Source: Camelus dromedarius
Lineage: Eukaryota
Assembly: GCF_036321535.1 (NCBI RefSeq)
Contig: NC_087436.1
Span: forward strand, 4,092,001-4,156,000
Direction: 5' to 3'
Length of the DNA stretch: 64,000 nt
Shown piece by piece: positions 36,560-50,300 of this stretch. How positions within the stretch are numbered: the first letter of the stretch is position 1; every line of letters begins with the position of its first letter. A model generated the notes under the pieces. It did not search any database and had not been told where the DNA came from. It saw only the letters and a list, made by a program, of their open reading frames with translations. The position numbers and the translations under genes are program-made.

Positions 36560-37020
36560 GAGAGCACTCCAGTGGGAAGGGCTCAGGGTTGCCCTCATGG
36601 CATCTGAGTGTGACAGTCCTCCAAGAGTGTTACCAACCAGGAAGCTCACAGGAGCTCTGAGCTATGTTGCCCCAAGTTTTTACTGGAGGCTTTATTACAA
36701 AGACATGATTTACTGGGTCACTACCGACGTGGCTAACCCAAACCCTAACCGTAACTCAAACCTTTACTTAGCCCTAACCGTTGAGCCCCTTCCTCCCCTG
36801 GTGGTCACTCACTTGTCACACAGCTCAAAGCCCCACTCCTCTAATCACATGGTTGGTGTCTCTGGCTGGCCAGTCCCCATCCTGAGTCATCCCATGAACA
36901 CAAGCCAACCAAGGGTCCACCATGAATAGCAAAGACACTACTATCTTGGGAAATTTCAAGGCTTTAGTGGTTGCCGTCCAGGAACTGGGACCAAAGACCT
37001 ACCAAATTCTTCATTAAACA
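36560..37020. mobile_element. MER21-like LTR fragment
   Basis: Recognisable MER21-type segments CCAACCAGGAAGCTCAC...TTTTACTGGAGGC...CTCTAATCACATGGTTGG...CAAAGACAC. Confidence 0.6.
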
Positions 37021-38764
37021 GGAGTAAATGTTAGGTTTCACTTAAATTATAAAATAAGAGAGAAATTCTCACTGCTTTGCTGTATCTGCTGCTCGACATC
37101 GTTTCACTACACCACGTGACTGTAATGTAGCGCTCAGCATGTGTCTTCTCAGAGCAGCAGTGCCGGCTGCTTCCCGGGATCTTATGCAGTTTGGGCAAGG
37201 CTGCTGGGGGGAGGGAGGCCAAGGACAACCGAGCAAACAAAAATAATTGGGTGAATAAGGAAACAATGTAAGATTGAAATGAAGGAAGTAACACAGTGTT
37301 GAGATGGGAGACTTGGGGGGAAGTGAGTCAAGAAAGCTATCTTTGAGTAGGTTACATGTGAGCTGAGATGGTGATAAGGAGGCTGGACTTTGAGGATCTG
37401 GGAAAAGTCACCCCAGGAATAGAGGCAGCTTGTCCATTGGCCCCGAGGCACAAATGTGCTCAGCAGGTTTGAGGAGATACTGGAGCCAGCGCTGGTGAGA
37501 GTGATGAGACGTGAGGTTTAGAAGGGCATCAGGAGCACGGAAAGGAGTGTAGACTCTAAGTGCAGTGAGAAGCAGTCATGATAGTTTAAGCACTAAAGTA
37601 ATTTTCTCCCACTTACATTTTGCAAAGATAATGTGGAGAATGAATTGCAGGGACCCAGGAAGCAGGGAGGCCGGGTAGGAGGCTCTTGGAGTGGGCCAGA
37701 TGAGAGATGGTGGGAGCCAGGGAGGAATGCGTTTGGGGAGTGGGGCTGACAGGATGCAGTTATGGGCTGGGTGTGGATGGTGAGGAGAAGAGGAGGGTCA
37801 AGGTAGCCCCAGGTCGGCCTGGAGCCAGGTGCCTGTTGTTTCTAAGCTCAGCGCCCCATGCAGGTGCCCACCTACTTGGGCAAACCTCTTAACCTTCAAA
37901 GTGAGGGTTTTAAAACACGGAAGTCTTTTTTTTGTTTATTTCACATATTATGGAAAGATTCAAACATGTACAGAAGTAGAGAGAACAGCACAGCCAGCCT
38001 GCCTGTATCAGTCACCCAGCTCCGGAATTATCAACTCCGAGTCACTGTTGTTGCATCTTTCATCTCCACCTCCTCCCCTCTCCCACTACGGGATCATTTT
38101 GAAGACAATCCTACATAACTTAACCTTTCATTAGTGAAATGACAAGGTCCCTTTCAAATACAATTGGAATATTCCTTTTTTTTTAGCGTTACAAAATAAT
38201 TCCCCGATTGTCACAAAAATACACTTTTAAGTAGTTTTGGGGTTGAAATCAGGATCCAGACTAGGTTCAGACATTGCAGCTAGCATATATCTCAAGTGGG
38301 TTCTAATCTATAATTTTCCTATTTCTCATTTTCCTTGAAATTGCTGAGGGGTTTCTCTATTTCCTGTTTGGGTGATTCCATTCTCCCCTGTGGTGTTAGA
38401 CTTGTTTCTCCATCCTATGTATTTGCTTTAGCTAAGTGATTTGATCCTCCCCTCAAAGCTTGATCTGATTGAGGTTCAACTTTGTGCAAGAATAATTGCT
38501 ATGTGAAGTTTTGTACTCCCAGCCTAAGGTACATAATGTCCAGTTGACTCTTTTTTTTGTGATGACACCAGCCAATAATGATTGTCACCCAGGATCATTA
38601 TTTCATAAGGGATTTTATTTCATGTGGTCATACTGTAATTTCCTCCCTCAATTATCAGCAGGATCACAGTCATGAAGAGGCACCTTCTCATTAACCCGGG
38701 TTATCCTGTAGAACACGGTTTTAAAAGAGGATGTTTGTACATATGTAAATATTTAAAGTTGATA

Positions 38765-38873
38765 CATTTTTCTTTTCTTTTTAATTTTTTTTCTAATGGA
38801 GGTACTGAAGATTGAATCTAGGACCTTATGCATGCTGAGCACACACTCTGCCACTGAGTGTACCCCATCCCCT
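38765..38873 (-). mobile_element. tRNA-derived SINE
   Basis: T-run + ATGGAGGTACTG..ATTGAA..TAGGACCTTATGCATGCT...CCACTGAG. Confidence 0.85.
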
Positions 38874-41317
38874 TTGAGATTCATATTTATATGATATTTT
38901 CCTTCTGTTATTTTTGTTTTATGTTATACAGTATTTGATGGCAGGGCAATGGGTTTGACGGCTCTTTAATCATTCTTTATGGGCTTTTGGGATTTGTGTG
39001 TGTGTTTGTGTTTGTAAAGAAAACAATTTTCCCACTATTTTAAGTATGTTTTGCTAAGGAAAATATGTTGATCTGTTCCCTGCTCCTGGTCCATGTGTTC
39101 CCTTTGTTGCTTCCCACTAGTGGCCCCTTGAGCTCTGTGACAAGTCTAGCGTGTCGTTAATCCAGGTTGAAGGAGACCTGAAGAGATTTATTCAAGGAGA
39201 TGAAATTTGTAGACAATGTATTGGAAAGTATTGAGAAAGTTATTCATTAGGAGAAGGTCTGGGGTTGAATTGTTAAGTGCACAGAAATCTAAGCTATGAA
39301 CCACCAAGCAATTATTAACTCCAGGGAAAACAAAGTAGGGAAGGAAAATGTAAGCCTAGCAGACAACTTGCTACAGCTGTGAACAGTCTGTACAGAGTCC
39401 TAATAATGTAAAGCAAGGATACTGAGCTGATCAAAATTATAATGTAATTGTATCAAAAGGTTGGAAGAACGAAGGTTTGGGTGTGTAGAGGAGATGGGGT
39501 TTGAAAGAGAGCTTAATCCTCATTTTCCAAAATAGATAGTTAAATAGGTGATACATAAAGCTGAAAAAGACAGTAGGCTGTGTTACAAGGATATTAGTCA
39601 GAGAAAGGGAGTAATTATTCCAAGAGTCAGCAGTAGGAGCTGAACGTGGTTGCTTCTGAACAGGAAATGGGGTGGTTGTTGGGAACTGCTCCTTTTTACA
39701 ATCGGTGTTCGAGAACTGTTTGACTCTTTAATGAATGTATGGTACAACTTTGATAAAAAAAATCAAAGCTGGATTTTGAAAAATTGATGTTAAGAATTGG
39801 GGTGTTTTTGACAGAGGGAGATAACAATCAGACAAAACTACATTTGAAGGGATCCTCATTATTCCTAGCCTTTCAGCAAGGACTAGGAGGCAGACATCTG
39901 TTTAAGGATCAAAAATTCTTTCTGACCTTCTTGCCGACATGTAAACTTTGGAAGTAATGAAATCCCCGTCACTGTAAATATCCAGGCAGAGGCTGCCTGA
40001 CCAACTCTCTAACTGTAGCAGGGTGTGTTTACCATTGGGCAGTTGGAGCAGGCAACATCTAACATTCTTTCAGTTTTGAATGTGGCATTTTCAGGACGGA
40101 AAGTTGACAAGAATGTATTACAAAAAGCTTAACAGGAAAGAGTCCAAGACATCTCAAACCCATTGCCAGGGTTTTCTCTGCCAGACATCATCCTGAGCCT
40201 GCCATCCTTGAGCCAGGCCACAAAGCCCAGTCACATGAGAATGAACACACTTTGCCCCTCCTATCTGATTTGGCATCGGGCTCAGAACTTTTCCCCATGG
40301 AATGGTCCATGCCCAGGTCTCTGACGATGGAGCTGGTCTCACAGCAGCCCTGTAAGCGCTGGTCCAGCCCGAGGGGGTACCTGCGTGAATTTTCCCAGGA
40401 CTGCAGGCTGTTCTCAGAGCTGAGTCCCCCCTAGGCTAAGCCCACGGGGCTCATCTCAGCTCCAGACAGAGCCGGAAGCCTCCGAGAGAACTCAGAGCTG
40501 AGGAAAGCCACAGGATTTACCCAGCACTGCCGCGTCAGCAGTGCGCCAGCTGAGGGAAGTTTCAGCAACGGCAAGACACACCTGAGCCGCCGCCTCATTG
40601 TTCCGCCTCATCCCTAAGCCCTCTGTCTGCCTGTCTGTGTCTGTCTCCCTTTCAGGACCAGCCTGGCACCGCTTCATGCCCTGCCTCCTTTCTTCTCATC
40701 TTGCCTCCCTGGCCTGTTCCATCTACTCCAGATTAACTGAGAAACATTGAAGAGTTTTTAAAACCTAGGAACAACAGACGTGCTAGATACAAAGAATACA
40801 GGGCAGTGCCTTCCTCAGCCACATCCCTCCTGCCCTCCCTGCCCTCTCCCATTCCCACAATGAGTTTTATAAATATTTTGTCACAGAGACATTGCACTCC
40901 CAGTTGTTATCATTATCAGCCATTTCCTTATTATCTGTGGTTTACGATGTGTTTGCTCCAGGGAAGTTCCCGAGATAAGGCAGGAGCAGATGACTGAGCC
41001 AGTTGTTGATGTCCACTTGTGTCAAGCCTGTTAAGAATGATCTTTGGGGGGATTTGTTGAATGTGCCAGACTGTCCAGTGAGTGTTGATGATCCACTGCA
41101 TCTGCTCCGGAGTCGGCCTCGTCCCCTCCTTTGCTCTGTTCTCATTTATCTCTCTTCAGCAGGTGAACCAGTGATCTGTACTTCTATGATACGTAAAATA
41201 CTTCTCATTTCACGGTAGAATTTGGGGGCTTCTATGAAAACGCGTATGTTTTAAGTGTGAATTGAGTCAGAGGTTTAAACTTAAAGCCCCCTTGATTTAG
41301 AATCAGAAATTAGTATG

Positions 41318-41450
41318 GTGGGAGGAGGGTATAGCTCAGTGCTAGAGTGCATGCCTAGCATGCATGAGGTCCTGGGTTCAATCCCCAATGTCTCCATTTA
41401 AAAAACAAATAAATAAACCTAATTATGCCCACCAAAAAAACAAAGAAAAA
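41318..41450 (+). mobile_element. tRNA-derived SINE with TSD
   Basis: GGGTATAGCTCAGTGCTAGAG...GGTCCTGGGTTCAATCCCC; TSD AGAAATTA(GT/AC)ATG at 41305-41317 and 41451-41463. Confidence 0.9.
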
Positions 41451-41521
41451 AGAAATTAACATGAGGATGAAGCTACAGAGTGATTGTGTGTCTTCTGAAA
41501 CTACCTTCTGTCTTTCTGCAG

Positions 41522-41656
41522 GAAATTCTATGGAGAGACGGTTGGAATCTACTTTGCTTGGCTGGGCTATTACACTCAGATGCTCCTCCTGGCAGCAGTC
41601 GTGGGGGTGACTTGCTTTCTGTATGGATATTTGAATCAAAATAACTGTACCTGGAG
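41522..41656 (+). pseudogene. ANO6: ANO6 exon (~exon 8, first TM helix), still open
   Basis: KFYGETVGIYFAWLGYYTQMLLLAAVVGVTCFLYGYLNQNNCTW, 135 nt, ctgcag| and |gtaact intact. Confidence 0.95.
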
Positions 41657-41684
41657 GTAACTTCTCTTTATTCCTTGTTACCGT

Positions 41685-44600
41685 GCTTACTTAACTTAGA
41701 ATGACATTCTCCAGGAACATCCATGTTGCTGAAAATGGCCCCATATTGTCAGTATTTATGGCCGAGTAGTATTCCATTGTATTAATATACAACTTCTTTA
41801 ACCAGTCATCCATTGATGGACATTTAGGCTGTCTCCATGTCTTGGCTATTGTAAATAGTGCTGCTATGAACATTGGGGTGCTGGTGTCATCCTGAAGTAG
41901 GGTTCTTTCAGGATATATGCCCAGGAGCGGGATTCCTGGGTCATATGGCAAGTCTATTCCTAATCTTTTGAGGAAACTCAATACTGTTTTCCACAGTGGC
42001 CGAACCAAACTGCATTCCCACCAGCAGTGTAGGAGGTTCCCCTTTCTCCACAGCCTCTCCAGCATTTGTCATTTGTGGATTTTTGAATGAAGGCCATTCT
42101 GACTGGTGTGAGGTGATACCTCATTGTAGTTTTGATTTGCATTTCTCTGATAATTAGTGATATTGAGCATTTTTTCATGTGCCCATTGATCATTTGTATG
42201 TCTTCCTTGGAGAATTGCTTGCTTAGGTCTTCTGCCCATTTTTGGATTGGGTTATTTGGTTGTTTCTTATTAAGTCATATGAGCTGCTTATATATTCTGG
42301 AGATCAAGCCTTTGTCAGTTTCATTTGAAAAAATGTTCTCCCATTCTGTAGGTTGTCTTTTTGTTTTACTTATGGTGTCCTTTGCTGTGCAGAAGCTTGT
42401 AAGTTTCATTAGGTCCCATTTGTTTATTCTTGCTTTTATTCCTATTGCTTGTGTAGGCTGCCCTAAGGGAACATTTCTGAGATGTATGTCAGATATTTTG
42501 CCTGTATTTTCTTGTAGGAGGTTTATTGTATCTTGTCTTATGTTTATCTTGCTGAAGAGACTGTCTTTATTCCATTGTATATTCTTGCCTCCTTTGTTGA
42601 AGATGAGTTGACCAAAAGTTTGTGGGTTCATTTCTGGGCTCTCTACTCTGTTCCATTGGTCTATATGTCTGTTTTTGTACCAATACCAAGCTGTCTTGAT
42701 GACTGTAACTCTATAGTATTGTCTCAAGTCTGGGAGAGTTATTCCTCCAGCCTCTTTCTTTTTTTCTTAAGTAATGCCCTGGAAATTCTATGTCTTTGAT
42801 GGTTCCATATAAATTTTATTGTGATTTGTTCTAGTTCTATGAAATCTGTCTGGGGTAATTTGACAGGGATTGCATTAAATCTGTAGATTGCCTTGAGCAG
42901 TGTGACCATTTTAACAATATTGATTCTTGCAATCCAAGAGCATGGGATACCTTTCCATTTCTTAAAATCTTCTTTAATTTCCTTCACCAATGGTTTATAG
43001 TTTTCTGTGTATAATTCTCTCACCTCTGTGGTTAGATTTATTCCTAGATATTTTATTACTTTGGGTGCTATTTTAAAGGGGATTGTTTCTTTACTTTCTT
43101 TTTCTGTTGATTCATCATTAGTGAAAAGAAATGCAACTGATTTTTGAACATTAATCTTGTAACCTGCTACTTTTCTAAATTCTTCGATCAGCTTTAGTAG
43201 TTTTTGTGTGGACCTTTTAGGGTTTTCTATATATAGTATTATGTCATCTGCATATAGTGACACTTTTACCTCTTCTTTTCCAACTTAGACCCCTTTTACT
43301 TCTCTTACTTGCCTGATTGTTGTGGCCAGGACTTCCAAGACTATGTTGAATAGGAGTGGTGATAGTGGGCATCCTTGTCTTGTCCCAGATTTTAGTGGGA
43401 AGCTTTTGAGTTTTTCACCGTTGGGTGCTATGCTGGCTGTAGGTTTGTCATATATAGCTTTTATGATGTTGAGATATGTTCCCTCAATACCCACTTGGGT
43501 GAGAATTTTTATCATAAATGGGTGTTGAATTTTATCAAAAGCTTTTCTGCATCTATTGAGATCATCATGTGGTTTTTGTCCTTTCTCTTGTTGATGTGAA
43601 GTATTACATTGATTGATTTGCTTATGTTGAACCACACTTGTGTCCCTGAGATGAACCCCATTTGAGCATGATGTATAATCTTTTTTATGTGCTGTTGGGT
43701 TCTATTTGCTTGTATTTTGGTAAGGAAATTTTGCATCTGTGTTCATCAGTGATATTGGTCTGTAATTCTTTTTTGGTGGTGCCTTTGCCTGGTTTTGGTA
43801 TCAGGGTGATGGTGGCTTCATAGAATGAGTTTGGGAATATTCCTTCTTTTCAATCATCTGGAAGAGTTTGAGAAGGACTTGTATGAGTTCTTCTTTGTAT
43901 GTGTGGTAGAATTCCCCGGTGAAGCTGTCCAGTCCTGGACTTTTATTTGTAGGGAGGTTTTTTTTTTTTACTGTTAATTCAATTTCATTCCTAGTGATCA
44001 GTTTGTTCAAGTGGACAGTTTCTTCTTGATTCAGTCTTGGTGGACTGTATGTATCCAGAAACTTCTTCATCTCCTCTAGGTTATCCATTTTTTTTTCCAT
44101 GTAGTTTTTCATGATATTCTCATATGATATTCTGTATTTCTATGTTATTTGTTGTAATTTCTCCATTTTCCTTTCTTATTTTGTAAATTTGTGCTCTCTC
44201 TTTTTTCTTCTTTGTGAGTTTTGCCAGAGGTTTGTCGATTTTATTTACTTTTTCAAAAATCTAGCTTTTGGTTTGATTGATTATTATTTTTTTTTTAATC
44301 TCTATTATATTTATTTCCTCCCTGATCTTTATTATTTCCTTCCTTCTGCTGACTTTTGGGTGTTTTTGGTCTTCTGTTTCTAGTTCTTTTAGCTGGTCAG
44401 TTAGGTTGTTTATTTGATATTGTGTTCTTCTTTTTTGAGGAAGGCCTGTATCGCTCTAAACTTTCCTCTTAGCACTGCTTTTGCTGCGTCCCATAAGTTT
44501 TGTGTGGTTGTGTTTTCATTTTCATTTGTCTCAAGGTATTCTTTAATTTCAACTTTGATTTCATCATTGACCCATTGGTTTTTTAGTACCATGTTGTTTA

Positions 44601-47330
44601 ATCTCTATGCTTTCCTTTTTTTCTCCTTTGTTTCTCTGTAGTTGATTTCTAGTTCCAATGGCATTGTGGTCAGTAAAGATGCTTGAGATAATTTCTCTCT
44701 TCTTAAAATTGTTGAGGCTTCTTTTGTGACCAAGTACATGATCAATCCTAGAAAATGTTCCACGTGCACTTGAATAGAATTTATATCCTATTTTGGGGGG
44801 TTGTAATGCTCTGGAAATATCCACTAAACCTAATTTTTCTATTGTATCATTTAATTTCTCTGTTGCCTTATTTATTTTCTGTCTGGAAGATCTGTCTAGT
44901 GATGTTAATGTGGTTTTAAAATTTCTGACAAGGATTGTATTTCCATCAATTTCCCCCTTTATCTCTGTTAGTAGTTGTTTTATGTACTTAGGTGCTCATG
45001 TTGGGTGCATATATATTAATGATGGTAGTATCCTCATCTTGTATTTCTCCTTTAATCATTATAAAATGTCTTTATTTACCTTTCTTTATGGCCCTCGTTT
45101 TAAAGTCAATTTTGTCTGAAATCAGTAGTGCTACACCTGCTTTTTTGGCATTTCCATTTGCATGGAATATACTTTTCTGTCCATTGACTCTCAATCTGTA
45201 TGTGTCCTTCTCCTTAAAGTATGTCTCTTGTATGCAGTGTATTGAAGGTTCTTGCTTTATTATCCAGTCTGCCACTCTGTCTTTTGACTGGAGCATTTAG
45301 TCCATTAACATTTACAGTAATTAATGATAGATGAGTGTTTATTGCTATTTTGAACTTATTTTTGCAGTCGATTTGGTATTTCTTCTTTGTTCCTTTCTTC
45401 TTCCTTTTGTGGTATGTTAATTTTCCTTTGTATTATCTTGGATTGTATTTAGTTTTTGTGACTCACTTGTAAGTTTTTGGCTTGTGGTTACACTGTTTTG
45501 TAAGTCTGTTAACCAGTTACTGTAACTGTGTGTACTAAACAGATAGTAATGTAATCTCAAACCCATCCTACCGAGAACAAAAAATTTAAAAAAAAAAAAA
45601 AAAAGAAGAAAGAAAAAATTACTCTATATTTTTTTGCCTCCCTCTCCCACTCAATGATTTAGAAGTCTTCTTTTACAAATTCATGTTCATTGTATTTGTA
45701 ATTCATGGTAGTTATCACCTTTCCAGTTATGAGTTCTCATTTCTGTAGCATCCTGCTTCTTTTCTATTTAGAGTAGACCTTTCAATATTTCTTTTAGCAT
45801 GGGTTTAGTGTTGCTAAATTCTTTTAGTCTTTGCTTCTCTGTGAAATTCTTTATATCTCCTTCTATTCTAAAGGATAGCCTTGCTGGAGAAAGTATCCTA
45901 GGCTGCATCCTTTTTTTCATTCAGGACTTTGAATATATCTTGCCACTCCCTTCTGACCTGTAGTGTTTCTGTAGAGAAATCAGCTGAGAGCCTTCTCTTG
46001 TAACTCACTCTTTGTTTTTCTCTTGCTGCCTTTAGGATCATTTCTTTATCCTTCAGTCTGGCCATCTTGATTATGATATGTCTTGGTGTGGGTCTCTTTG
46101 GGCTCTTCCTGTTTGGGAACCTCTGAGCCTCCTGTACTTGGGTGTCTGATTCCTTCTTTAGGTTTGGGAAGTTTTCACTCATGATTTCTTTAAATACCTT
46201 TTCCATCCCCTTTGTTCTTTCTTCCCCATCTGGAACCCCTATTATGCATAGATTGGCATGCTTTATATTATCCCATAGGTTCCTTATATTGTTTTCATTG
46301 TTTTTTATTTGTTTTTCTCTCAGCTGTTCTGATTGGGTGCTTTCTGTTGACCTGTCTTCTAGGTCACTTATTCGTTCCTCTGCATTATCTAGCCTGCTTT
46401 GTACAGCCTTTAGGTCAGATCTCATTTCAGCCAATGAATTTACCAATTCTACTTTGCTCTTCTTTATAACTTCTATTTTGTTTTTGACATATTTTATGTC
46501 TCTAAACACTATCTCTTTTAGTTCCTTCAGTAATTTGATCACTTCTTTTTTGAAATCTTGATCTAGTAGGCCATCAATGTCTATTTCATTGATCATTGTT
46601 TCAGGGCATTTCTCTTACTCTTTTAATTGGGAGTACTTCCTCTCCTTCTTCATACTGCTCATATCTCTCTGGCACTGTGCCTTAAGGAGTATCAGTTATC
46701 TATTTTGGTCCTCAAAGTATTTTATTTATTTATCTATCTAAAGCCTATGTGGGAATAAAACTTAAAAATAAGATAAGAGAGAGAGAGAATTTTAAAAGAA
46801 TGGAGGAAAAGAAGGTTTGAAAACAGTGTATAATCAATAATAGAAGAGCAAGTTGAAGCAGAATAGGAATTGAGTTGAGATGTCTTTTAAAAACCTTAAT
46901 AAAAAGAAGAAAAAAATCAAAACACAATATTTAAAACCTGTGAATAATCAATAACAGATCAAAAAGAAGAGAATTAAAAATGAAATGAGGACTGTAAACA
47001 TATAGAACTGTTTAAAAAGTAAAGATTAAAAAGTTACTAGAAAATAAAACAGATATAAAAAGATTTAAAAAACAAAGATGTGTTCTCCTAGAGACTGTGT
47101 GCTCTTAATGGTTTTATTGAGAGGTCTTTGTGTCTTTACCCTTTTTCACAAACTCAGCTTGCCCTGTTGGCCCCCTTGTCTGTGCTGCTCACAGTGTCTG
47201 TCAGCAAGAAGATCGCGCCCCTCCAACAGTGGGTCAGGTGCTGCTCTCCTTCGTCATGGGCAGGTGGGTCATTTCCCCTCCGGATGCCACAGTCAGTGCT
47301 GTACCAGTTGCTCCATATGTGGGCTCAACT
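41685..47330 (-). mobile_element. Near-full-length lineage-specific LINE-1, disrupted, lacking 3'UTR/polyA
   Basis: ORF1 remnant at 45898-46596 (NLCIIGVPDGEE...RPTPRHIIIKM). ORF2 remnants: endonuclease (IQET), RT ([24 protein letters not shown]) and C-terminal HCWWEC. Many frameshifts and a ~100-nt internal deletion near 42546. Confidence 0.95.
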
Positions 47331-47334
47331 TCAA

Positions 47335-50300
47335 GAATAACAGCTTTATGGAGATATAATTCACATACCATAAAATGCAGCCTTTGAAAGTGTGCATTAG
47401 TGTTTATGTACATTTCAGGGTTGTGTAGCCATCACCCCCAAAAGGAGCCAGTGCCCTTTAGTAAGTCACTCCCTAACCTTCCTTTCCCCTTGCCCCTAGC
47501 AGCCACCACTCTACTTTCTGCCTCTTCGGATTTGCCTGTTCTGGTCATTTCATATAAGTACAACCATGCAGTATGCTGCCTTTTTTGATTGTCGTCTTTC
47601 ATTTAGTGTGACGTTGTCAAGGCTCATCCATGGTGTAGCATATATCAGTACCCAAATTCCTTTTTGTGTTCAAATAATATGCCATTGTTATAAATACACC
47701 ACATTGCTTATCCATCCATCAGTTGATGATGAATAATTCTGCTGTAAATGCTCATGGACAAGTTTTTGTGTGAACACATATTTTCAGTTCTCTTGAGGAT
47801 ATATCAAAAAACGGAATTGCTGGGATGTATCCTACTTTTAACATTTTGAGGAATTGCTAAAGTAGTTTTTAAAGTGACTGCACCATTTTTTATTTCCAGT
47901 AGTAATTTATGAGAAGTCCAGTTTCTACACATCCTCATCAACATTTTTTGTTACCCGGTTTATATATACATATTTATATATCATATATCATATATAATTG
48001 TCATTCTAGTTGGTATGAAGTGGAATGTCATTATGCTTTTGATTTCTGTTTCCCTAATGCCTATTGATGTTGAACATCTTTTTATGTGCTTATTTCCCAT
48101 TCATATGTCTTCTTTGGAGAAACATCTATTCAAATTCTTTGCCCATTTTAATTGTATTTGTCTTTGTATTGTCAAGTTTTAAGTCTTCTTTTTCTATTCT
48201 GGATAAAAATCCCTTATCAGGGAAAATATTGGAAATATTTTCACCCATTCTGTGGATTATCTTCTTACTTTCTTGATGAAGTCCTTTGAAGCACAGAAGT
48301 TTTTAATTTTACCGAAGTCCACTTTACTTGATTTTTTTTTTTTCATTTGTTGTTTGTGATTTTGGTGTCATACTTTAGAATTATTTGTAATCCAAAGTCC
48401 TGAAGATTTTCTCATTGTTCATTTTCTAAAAGTTTTACAGTTTAAGGTCTGTGATTTATTTTGAGTTAATTTTCATAAATGATCTTAAGATAAAAGTTCA
48501 GTTTTCTTTCTTTCCAGGTGTATGTTCAGGCCTTCCCAACATTATTTTTGAAAAGATTTAATTTCCCCATTGGATTGTCATGGCACCTTTGTCAAAAATT
48601 AACTGGCTACGTGTAAGAGTTTGTTTAAGGACTCTCAGTTCTTTTCTCTCAATCTATTTGTCTGTCCTTTATGCAAGTACCACACCGTATGGATTACAGT
48701 TTGTCAGTGAGTTTTGAATTTGGAAACTTCAAAACTTTGTTCTTTTTCAAGATTGTTTTGACTATTCTGGGTATCTTGCATTTCCATATTAAATTTAGGA
48801 TCAGCTTGTTCATTTCTGCCAAAAAGCCAGAGTTGCATTGAATCTATAGGTCATTTTGAGGACAATTGCCATCCTAACAATAATAAGGCTTCTGATCCAT
48901 GAACACAGAAGAGCTTTCCATTTATTTTAGGTCATTTTTAAATTCTATCAGTAGTATTTTAGTTTTCAATATACAAGTTTCAGACATTTTTCTCAGTATT
49001 CCACATATTTTCTCAATATTCCTAAGTATTTTATTCTTTTTGATGCTATTGTAAATGAAAATGTTTCCTTCATTTTATTTTTAGATTATTCACTGCTGTT
49101 GTATAGAAATATAATTAGTTTTTTATATATTGATTTGTGTCTTACAATTTTGGTCAGACTGGGTTATTAATTCTAATAGGTTTTTTTTTCTTTTCTTTTC
49201 TCTCTATTTTCTTTGTGGATTCCTTGTGATTTCAATATATAATATCATGTCATCTGGAATGGAAATAGTTTATTTTTTCTTTGTAATCTAGAGGCTTTAT
49301 TTTCTTTGTCTGGTTGCTTTGACTAGAATCTGTAGTACAATGTTGATTTTGGGAGGATATAATTCAGTCTTTCACCATTATGTATGATCTTTGCTCCAGG
49401 TTTTTCATAGATGTTGTCTGTCAAGTTGAGGAAGTTCTCTTCTATTCCTAGTTTTTATCCATTTTTCTGTTAATATTGCATATTACATGAATTGACTTTT
49501 GTATGTTGAACTGCCTTTGCATACCTGGATACATCCCACTTAATTGTGGTCTATTTTATATGTTACTGGATTGGATTTGCTTGTATTCTGTTGAGGATTT
49601 TTGCATTTATTTTCATAAGAGATAGTCTTTAGCTTTCTTGTGATGCCTTTGTCTGCTTTTGGTATCAGTGTGATACTAGTCTCATTGAATGAATTGGGAA
49701 GTGTGCCCACCTCTTAATTTTTAGACGATTTTGTGAAGCATTTTTTTTTGTTTGTTTGCTTTTCTTTTTGTTTTTTCTTTAAGTAGTTGATGGAATTCAC
49801 CAGCAAAGCCATATGGGCCTAGCATTTCCTTGTGGGAATATTTGGGTTTACTATTTCAGTCACTACTTATTGTAGGATTATTTGAGTTTTCTATTTCTCC
49901 TTGAATTAGCTTCAGTCATTTATGTCCTTCTAGGAATTTATTCATTTCATCTAGATTATCTCATTTATTGGCTATATAAGTATTCATGGTATTCCCTTAT
50001 ATTCCTTGTTATTTTTGTAAGGACAGTTGTGACATCCTTCCTTTCACTTCTCATTTTATTAATTTGAATCTTCTCTCTTTTTTCTTCAGTGCTAGCTAAA
50101 AATTTGTCAATTTTCTTGATCTTTCCAAAGAACCAACTTTTCTTTTTGTTGATTATCCTCTATTGTTCATCTATACACTATTCCATTTATTTCTGCCTTT
50201 AGTATTTTGATTAGAATGTTTAATTCATTTACATTAATGTAATTTCTTATCAGGTTGAAGTTACATCTGCTATCTGCTTTCTATATGTCTTTTTTTTTTC

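Noticed and set aside
41318..41395. tRNA gene (also 59141, 60660, 30290, 34480, 38800, 10961)
   Set aside because: A/B boxes belong to dispersed, mutually diverged SINE heads with A-rich tails and, in several cases, TSDs.
41691..46596. ORFs as host genes or an active L1
   Set aside because: Fragments of a frameshifted, internally deleted L1 and its antisense frames.
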